Part shown: piece by piece, positions 57,378 to 64,000 of the stretch
How positions within the stretch are numbered: the stretch's first letter is position 1
Layout of the letters: each line of letters starts with the position of its first letter
Assembly: GCA_965230295.1 (NCBI GenBank)
Contig: OZ246001.1
Location: 3,168,001 to 3,232,000 of the forward strand
DNA: 64,000 nt
Reading direction: 5' to 3'
Origin: Marinicella sp.
Lineage (GTDB): Bacteria > Pseudomonadota > Gammaproteobacteria > Xanthomonadales > Marinicellaceae
Translations under genes and position numbers: made by a program
The notes under the pieces: model-generated
What the model was told of the DNA's origin: nothing
The model's input: only the letters and a program-made list of their open reading frames with translations
The model's database searches: none

Positions 57378-57920
57378 GTTGTACTCTCGATAGCGTTATT
57401 TACTTGCGTTTGTTGACCGCCTTGTGATTAATCATGCGCTTTGAAATAAGAATGTGCGCCGGTTAATTTGAGCAATAAAGCAAATCATGAATCAGTTCAC
57501 GTTTTGCTTAATGTTTGATTAATATTCGGTTTGTTTAAGGGTGATTGGCGGATTTATTTCTGGTTTGGTTAATCTACAAAATGACCGTAAATTACGTTCT
57601 CTTGATATATGTCTACGTGTTGATTTATTGGTGAATTTGATCATCAAAATCAGTCTTGAAGAAATTATTGTTGGTGTGGGTATTGAACTGATCACCCGTT
57701 CTCCCATGTCCGATATAAACAGCAGCAACTTGTAACCACAGGCCATCAACTTAACTTCTGAGGACACAGCGGCAAACCACATTTAACCAACACTTGATTA
57801 TAAATGACCATCCCATGCGTTCTCGGGACCAAGGTTTGTACTTTGCCGCCAACCCCTTGTTTTCATTGAGTTTCCTTTCAACAATGAAATTCGATTTCAA
57901 AGTTCATTTAAGAGGGTTGT

Positions 57921-60900
57921 ATGAAAAACGTCAAAGTTATTAATCATGGTATCAAGTTCAACAGTGATCGACACAACGGATTAAAGTTGCCTGTATTTCT
58001 GTGGTTACTGACCGTTCTCTGGTTGCCATTGGCTGCTGCCAAAGACATGCCTGGGGCGTCACCCACGTCTTATGCAGTTTCACCATCAGGTGCCTTTCAA
58101 TATTCAATTCCTTTGCTGATGCCAACTGGACGAAACGGCGTTCAGCCTCAGTTGAGTTTGAATTTTTCCAGTGACCGCGGCAATGGCTTGCTGGGAGTGG
58201 GCTGGGGCCTTTCAGGGCTGTCTGCCATCACCCGTTGTGGTCAGACTTTTGTCACCAATGGCAGAAAAAGGGGTGTTTGGCACAACAACAACGATCGATT
58301 TTGTATGAATGGCAGCCAACTCATTTTGGTCAGTGGTACTTATGGTGCAAATGGTTCAACCTATCGCACAGAATTGGACACTTTTGCCAAGATTGAAGCG
58401 ATGGGTAATGGTTCAGTGAATCATAACGGAGGTCGTGCGCCTTCTGGGTGGAAGGTTTGGTCCAAAGACGGCAAAGTCTTTTACTATGGCACGGTTGATC
58501 CGGGCCAGTCGAATTCTGCGCAGAACCGATTGCCGGGGACCAACAGCATCCACCGTTGGAATTTGGCTCGAATGGAAGATCGCAGCGGAAACTATTACGA
58601 GGTTCATTACTACAGTGGCAATGGAAGACCCAATAAAATTCTCTACACCCTGAAAAATGGCATTTCAACTGGCCAGGAAATCAAATTCAATTACCAATCA
58701 ACCCGGCCTGATCCGCGTCACGTGTATGTAGCCGGTAAGCGCATAGACCATACCCAAAGACTCAAGAACATCAATATCAAGAACGCGGGCCAGGCTTTTC
58801 GGCAGTATCACATGGTTTATGAACAAGCACCGGTAACAGGTCGTTCGCGATTAACTGCCATTCGTGAATGTGGTGTTAATGGTTCAACATGCTTTCCCGA
58901 CATCAAAATAAAGTGGCAGGCCAACCAGGCCGGATACCGCAATGCCACAGCTGCGGAAGACAAAGCGCCCGATAACATGATTGCCTACTACACATACACC
59001 AAACACTTGGGTGGTGGTCAAGTTGAACACAACAGCGTCAAAGAAATCAATCGTGGTGAATGGGTGGACCTGAATGGCGATGGAGAGGCTGACCAGGTTA
59101 TTGCTTATGTGGCGCCAGGCGGCAATTATGTGCGTAAAGTATATCTGCGTGATCACAGTCGACCCAGTGGATGGAGTACTGATCAAGGCCGATGGCATTT
59201 ACCCAAACCATTGCGCAGCTACACCAATGCTGTGGTCAACACCACCACAGCACGATTTGGTTCAGGAGTGATCAATATGGGCCAGTTTGCTGATGTCAAC
59301 GGCGACGGGCTGGTGGACATCGTGTATTCATACCGTTTGGATCGGGCGCGACAGCAATATGCAGACCCCAACAACCCCATCAGTCAAATCGAGGATTTCC
59401 GGCATACGTACCTCAATACTGGTAATGGCTGGCAATTAAGTGCGGTCTGGAAGCCCAAAGACCTGCTGTACGATTATGTATCCAACGGGGCCGGTTATTA
59501 TCGGGTAGAAACCGTCCGTGGGCGCTTGCTGGATATCAATGGTGATGGGCTGGTTGATTGGGTGCGTGCGTATTTTGATTACATCGCGAACAACACCGGA
59601 CGGCCATTCAGGAACACCTGGATCAATGACGGTTCGGGTTGGAACCACCATGTTGGTTATAAATTGCCTGATGTGTTTGCTCACTATCGAGGCATCTATT
59701 CGATTCCACATGGGCAATTTGTTGATGTCAATGGAGATGGTTTGCCTGATTGGGTGCAGTCGTATCATGCCAGTACAGAAACACCGCAACGCAAAACATG
59801 GGTGAATACCGGCAGTGGCTGGTCCAGACAAAGTCGCTTTGACTTACCCGATTTGATGTATGACAACCTGGGTGGCTGGAACGACGTCACTCCCAATAAA
59901 CGCGGTAGCTTTGTTGACATCAATGGAGATGGTTTGCGGGATTGGGTTGAATCTTATGAAACCGGAGGTGGCTTTCAACGCCGAGGTATTCGACTGAACA
60001 CTGGTAATGGTTGGGGTGGACGCAATGTTGGTTTTGCAGCACCGCCATTCGCCCATGTCAATTTCAGGTATTCAAACTTTGGTCATGGCTACCCGATCAA
60101 CAAACGAGGTGAGTATTTGGACTTGAATGGCGATGGATTGATGGATTATGTCGAATCATACAAATCTTCGGCAACAGGTTTCCCGACATCTCGCAAAGCC
60201 TACATCAACGTGGGTAATCGATGGCAATTACAAGCGGCCAACAGCGTCTATACACCCAGGGTTTTGTACTATGACTACAGTGGGCGCAGGAATGCCAAGT
60301 CCAAAATTGGCCAGTTTGTCGATATCAATGCGGACGGTTCTGCTGATTGGGTGGCTTCACGTTCTGACATCACCAATTATTCACGCCTAAAAAGGCAACA
60401 CGTGATGGATCAAGTGGCTTCGATCACATCCACAATGGGTGTTGAAGTGAAACCCACATTGCTGCCACTGACTCACAATGACATCATCTATCAGAAGCGA
60501 CCCAATCAGATGGCCAATGGACAGCCAGCACCGCTGACCAATCATGCCCGTTTTGTTGAATCGCCGATGTATGTGACCTCAAAACTATTGACTTCAAGGC
60601 CAGACAGCAACACCGAATACAACACCACCAAGTATCGCTATGGTGGCTTACAAGTACACCGCCTGGGGCGTGGGGCATTGGGCTTTTTCAGATTCGAAAC
60701 CATTGATTCATTGGGTGTTTCAACGGTTCAGGAATTCAAACAAGTGTTCCCATTGGCAGGGCAGGTCAAGCAGGTCAGACAGCGTAAATCCGGGCGAATA
60801 TTATCGGATCAGAAGAACAATTATAAGGTAGAGGCTACTGATCGCAAGCTTGGTAAAACCTACTTTGCCGCACTGCAGCAAACCACCCGTGATGACAATG

Positions 60901-63900
60901 AATTCAGTGCCAATCAGACTTACCGCAAAACGGTGCAACAACGACAGTTTGAACCTTATGGTCAAGGGGCAGGTGATTATGGCAACTTGTCATCGGTCAA
61001 AACACAAACTTATGGAGTCAGGAACGGTCAGTCTACTTTGTTACACACCATCCTTTTTGACCCGTCCTACGATCCGGCTGACACCAATAATTGGCTGATC
61101 AATCGTTTACAGTCGGTGTCCGTGACGACCACCCAAAGCAATGCCACAGGTCAAAGTGCAGACCAAGAAACATTAGTCACTGAATTTGATTACGATTCAA
61201 AGGGCCGGATCACGAGAATGGTGCGCCAACCCAATGATGCACCTGCCGAGAACACCACACTCACAACTCAGTTCACCTACCATCCAAGCTATGGTGTTTT
61301 AACCCAGCAAAGCATCATGTCAGGCTCGGAAACACGCAGCAATTTCATAGGCTATGACGCTGATTACAGGCTGCCGAATACCTTTACCAATGCCTTGGGC
61401 CACCGCGCTCAAATCACTGCATACCATCCAGTCTGTGAGTTGCCAACTCTGATAAAAGATGCCAATGCCTTGCAAACACAAATAGATTACGACAACTTCT
61501 GTCGACAAACATCAATCACTGAACCAACCGGAATCACCCAGACAGTCAGTTACAGTGAGCCGCCTACCGGTTGTGTAGACTGTCAAAGTGAACCCCAACT
61601 GATGATCACAGAGTCGACGCCTAACAGCCAGTCTCAAGATGTGATTTACTTTTTGAATCGCTATGGCCAAACCATTCGATCACAAACCAAGGGCAAGACT
61701 GATCAACACATTTGGCAATACACCCACTACACACGTTTTGGTCAAATCAAGAGTCAAACCCAACCCTTTTACCAACAGGGTGTCGATGATTTCACAACGC
61801 ATTATGCCTATGATGATTTGAATCGATTGATTCAAGTGAGGCTGCCATTTGATGATGTCAACCAAAATCCAGAAACGGTTGAGCATGATTTTGGCATTGA
61901 TGCGGCCACCGGATGGATGAGACATGCTTCCATTGATCCGGAAGACAAGCTCACCATCACCTACCTCAATGCACTGGGTCACGTTATGCGCGTGACCAAT
62001 GAATTAGGTCATTCAATGCACTATGCCTATGATGCCCACGGCAACCTCGTACAAACCAAAGATGCAGGGGTTGCTGGTAATGGCTTAAACGCCAATATCA
62101 CATCAATCAGCTATGACCAGCTGGGGCGACGCATCAGCCTGCAAGACCCTGATTTAGGGACGACTAACTACCGTTATTCTGCATTTGATGAATTGTTGTC
62201 ACAGACCGATGCCAAAGGCAATGTTCAAAGCATGCGATATGACCCACTGGGCAGATTGATTGAGCGACAAGTGGCAGGCACGAACGGTCGATCTTCTTAT
62301 ACCCAGTGGATATATGACAGCGTCAATGCAAGCAGTGACAGTTCTTTTGCAGGAGTCGGTGCATTGCATAAAGTGATGAGTAACCTCTCTTCACCAGGTA
62401 ACCCGGCCAGTGCCAATCATGTCAAAGAGTATAACTACGGTGCTGTTGGGCGGTTGGTTGAGGACTTAACTTATTTTGAAGGGGAAGTGTATCAACAGCA
62501 ATACAGTTACAGCCATGCCGATGGTTTTCTTGAGACACGTCAGTACCCGACTGTCATTGATATCAACAATCAAAAACAACCCATCTCAACGCCGTTCAAA
62601 TTGAAATACAAGTATGACAATGGTTATCTGGCATTGGTGGTCAGTGTCGATGAAAGTGATCCGCAAAATTATGTTGAACAGGATCAATGGTCGATAGACA
62701 GATACGATGCCCAAGGTCGTGTGATTACAGAGACTCTGGGAGATGTGGTTCAGTCCCAAAGCCAATACAAAGCAGGTATGGGCGGATTGGAACGCATCAT
62801 ATCAACTGTAGTCAGTGGCAATAATTTGGATCTGGTTGTTCAAGACATTGGTTACACGTTTGATGGCGTTGGAAATGTCACTTCTCGATCCGGTTACCTG
62901 AATGGCATTTCTGAGCATTTTAATTACGATGCGCTGCATCGCTTGACTCGTTACTCACACTCGGGAATCGATGCGCGACCTGCTGTGGATTTAACCTATG
63001 ATGCCATTGGTAACATTACCCACAAATCTGACGTAGGTACCTATATATATGACAACACCCAGGCTGGCCCACATGCACTGAGTCGAATCATAGATCCACC
63101 CGGTGTAGACAGTCGTCATCATTTTGATGTGAGTTGGGCCTGGCAAGCAGATTCAATGCCACATCCAGACCCGGGTTTTGACTCAGGGTTGTATTCAAGT
63201 GGTCCTGGCAACCATGTCTTCACATACGATGCCAACGGCAACCTGATACAAAATGGTCAGCGAAACATCAGCTGGACAGCGTTTGATAAGCCCAGGCGAT
63301 TGGTTCGACAAACCACGGAAGGGTTTGTGGGATCACAATTCAGTTACGATGGCCATTTCAACCGAATCAAAAAAGTTGAATCTGTGTATTCACCGTCAAT
63401 GATCGTTCTGGAGAATAAAGAAGAAACATTCTACATCGGTAAGGATTACGAAAAGATCACCAACCCGGCCAACCAATCTGTCCTTCATCGCTATACCCTG
63501 AATTTGGGGCAGCACATGATACAAGTCGAACGAGCAGGTGATGCGGGCAATGATCAGACCCACTACATGCTTGCCGATAACCAGGGTTCAACCCAAGTGG
63601 TGCTCAATTCAGCAGGTGAGGTCAAACAAACGCTGAACTTTGACCCATGGGGCAAAAGGCTTCAAACAGCCCCTTCTGAATTGCCTGTTAACCAAATAAC
63701 CAACCGGGGTTATACCGGGCATGAAATGGATGATGAGTTGGGATTGGTCAATATGAACGCCCGAATTTACGATCCGGCCATTGGGCGATTCCTCAGTGCA
63801 GATCCTGTCTTACCAGATGCATTCAACATGCAGCAATACAACAGGTACAGTTATGTGACCAATAACCCAATGTCTTTTACCGACCCTTCCGGAAATTTTG

Positions 63901-64000
63901 GTGTTGGTTTAACAACCATTTGTCAAAGCTCAAATGGTGGGGAAAGTTACTCTTGTACAGGATTCCCGACCTCTGGAACAGTGCTGTGGCCAGGGAAACC
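57921..64000 (+). CDS. SpvB/TcB-like + FG-GAP + YD/RHS core toxin, 3'-truncated by window edge (not in the ORF track)
   Basis: Manual translation: AGAGGG RBS, MKNVK...LPLAAA, VSPSGAFQYSIPL...GNGLLGVGW; seven DxN[GA]DG repeats; RGYTGHEMDDELGLVNMNARIYDPAIGRFLSADP and NPMSFTDPSG in the same frame. Confidence 0.93.
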   Translation, partial: MKNVKVINHGIKFNSDRHNGLKLPVFLWLLTVLWLPLAAAKDMPGASPTSYAVSPSGAFQYSIPLLMPTGRNGVQPQLSLNFSSDRGNGLLGVGWGLSGLSAITRCGQTFVTNGRKRGVWHNNNDRFCMNGSQLILVSGTYGANGSTYRTELDTFAKIEAMGNGSVNHNGGRAPSGWKVWSKDGKVFYYGTVDPGQSNSAQNRLPGTNSIHRWNLARMEDRSGNYYEVHYYSGNGRPNKILYTLKNGISTGQEIKFNYQSTRPDPRHVYVAGKRIDHTQRLKNINIKNAGQAFRQYHMVYEQAPVTGRSRLTAIRECGVNGSTCFPDIKIKWQANQAGYRNATAAEDKAPDNMIAYYTYTKHLGGGQVEHNSVKEINRGEWVDLNGDGEADQVIAYVAPGGNYVRKVYLRDHSRPSGWSTDQGRWHLPKPLRSYTNAVVNTTTARFGSGVINMGQFADVNGDGLVDIVYSYRLDRARQQYADPNNPISQIEDFRHTYLNTGNGWQLSAVWKPKDLLYDYVSNGAGYYRVETVRGRLLDINGDGLVDWVRAYFDYIANNTGRPFRNTWINDGSGWNHHVGYKLPDVFAHYRGIYSIPHGQFVDVNGDGLPDWVQSYHASTETPQRKTWVNTGSGWSRQSRFDLPDLMYDNLGGWNDVTPNKRGSFVDINGDGLRDWVESYETGGGFQRRGIRLNTGNGWGGRNVGFAAPPFAHVNFRYSNFGHGYPINKRGEYLDLNGDGLMDYVESYKSSATGFPTSRKAYINVGNRWQLQAANSVYTPRVLYYDYSGRRNAKSKIGQFVDINADGSADWVASRSDITNYSRLKRQHVMDQVASITSTMGVEVKPTLLPLTHNDIIYQKRPNQMANGQPAPLTNHARFVESPMYVTSKLLTSRPDSNTEYNTTKYRYGGLQVHRLGRGALGFFRFETIDSLGVSTVQEFKQVFPLAGQVKQVRQRKSGRILSDQKNNYKVEATDRKLGKTYFAALQQTTRDDNEFSANQTYRKTVQQRQFEPYGQGAGDYGNLSSVKTQTYGVRNGQSTLLHTILFDPSYDPADTNNWLINRLQSVSVTTTQSNATGQSADQETLVTEFDYDSKGRITRMVRQPNDAPAENTTLTTQFTYHPSYGVLTQQSIMSGSETRSNFIGYDADYRLPNTFTNALGHRAQITAYHPVCELPTLIKDANALQTQIDYDNFCRQTSITEPTGITQTVSYSEPPTGCVDCQSEPQLMITESTPNSQSQDVIYFLNRYGQTIRSQTKGKTDQHIWQYTHYTRFGQIKSQTQPFYQQGVDDFTTHYAYDDLNRLIQVRLPFDDVNQNPETVEHDFGIDAATGWMRHASIDPEDKLTITYLNALGHVMRVTNELGHSMHYAYDAHGNLVQTKDAGVAGNGLNANITSISYDQLGRRISLQDPDLGTTNYRYSAFDELLSQTDAKGNVQSMRYDPLGRLIERQVAGTNGRSSYTQWIYDSVNASSDSSFAGVGALHKVMSNLSSPGNPASANHVKEYNYGAVGRLVEDLTYFEGEVYQQQYSYSHADGFLETRQYPTVIDINNQKQPISTPFKLKYKYDNGYLALVVSVDESDPQNYVEQDQWSIDRYDAQGRVITETLGDVVQSQSQYKAGMGGLERIISTVVSGNNLDLVVQDIGYTFDGVGNVTSRSGYLNGISEHFNYDALHRLTRYSHSGIDARPAVDLTYDAIGNITHKSDVGTYIYDNTQAGPHALSRIIDPPGVDSRHHFDVSWAWQADSMPHPDPGFDSGLYSSGPGNHVFTYDANGNLIQNGQRNISWTAFDKPRRLVRQTTEGFVGSQFSYDGHFNRIKKVESVYSPSMIVLENKEETFYIGKDYEKITNPANQSVLHRYTLNLGQHMIQVERAGDAGNDQTHYMLADNQGSTQVVLNSAGEVKQTLNFDPWGKRLQTAPSELPVNQITNRGYTGHEMDDELGLVNMNARIYDPAIGRFLSADPVLPDAFNMQQYNRYSYVTNNPMSFTDPSGNFGVGLTTICQSSNGGESYSCTGFPTSGTVLWPGK

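Noticed and set aside
58330-61982. Short ORFs listed across the right end
   Set aside because: Off-frame or antisense to the long RHS reading frame.

Overview
A gene-dense 64-kb chromosomal window, probably from a marine gammaproteobacterium (Marinicella/Xanthomonadales-like; inferred from the many secreted proteins bearing a D-x-I-F-x-x-G-F-[ED] motif). From left to right it holds: a LytS/LytTR pair; a DUF6502-like regulator with a small secreted peptide carrying four AEDGTGQ repeats; a RAYT/Y1 HUH transposase with inverted ends; a 1970-aa adhesin-like protein; a ~5-kb block bracketed by a diverged direct repeat, encoding an apparently dead HsdR-like motor fused to a membrane KAP NTPase; a cytochrome-like gene; a DUF805-FAD oxidase-methyltransferase operon; an AT-rich defence island (EcoKI-like hsdR-hsdM-hsdS with extended HsdS, ABC ATPase, HNH nuclease, PLD nuclease); several secreted proteins and housekeeping enzymes; three copies of a modular structured intergenic repeat with compensatory changes; and a >2000-codon SpvB/FG-GAP/RHS toxin gene missing from the ORF track because it runs off the window. 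I found no rRNA, tRNA or CRISPR array by eye. The best candidates for undescribed systems are the HsdR-decoy/KAP fusion, the DUF6502 + repeat-peptide module, the RM-embedded ATPase/HNH pair and the D-x-I-F-x-x-G-F-[ED] tag. All family calls come from motif recognition; no searches were run.
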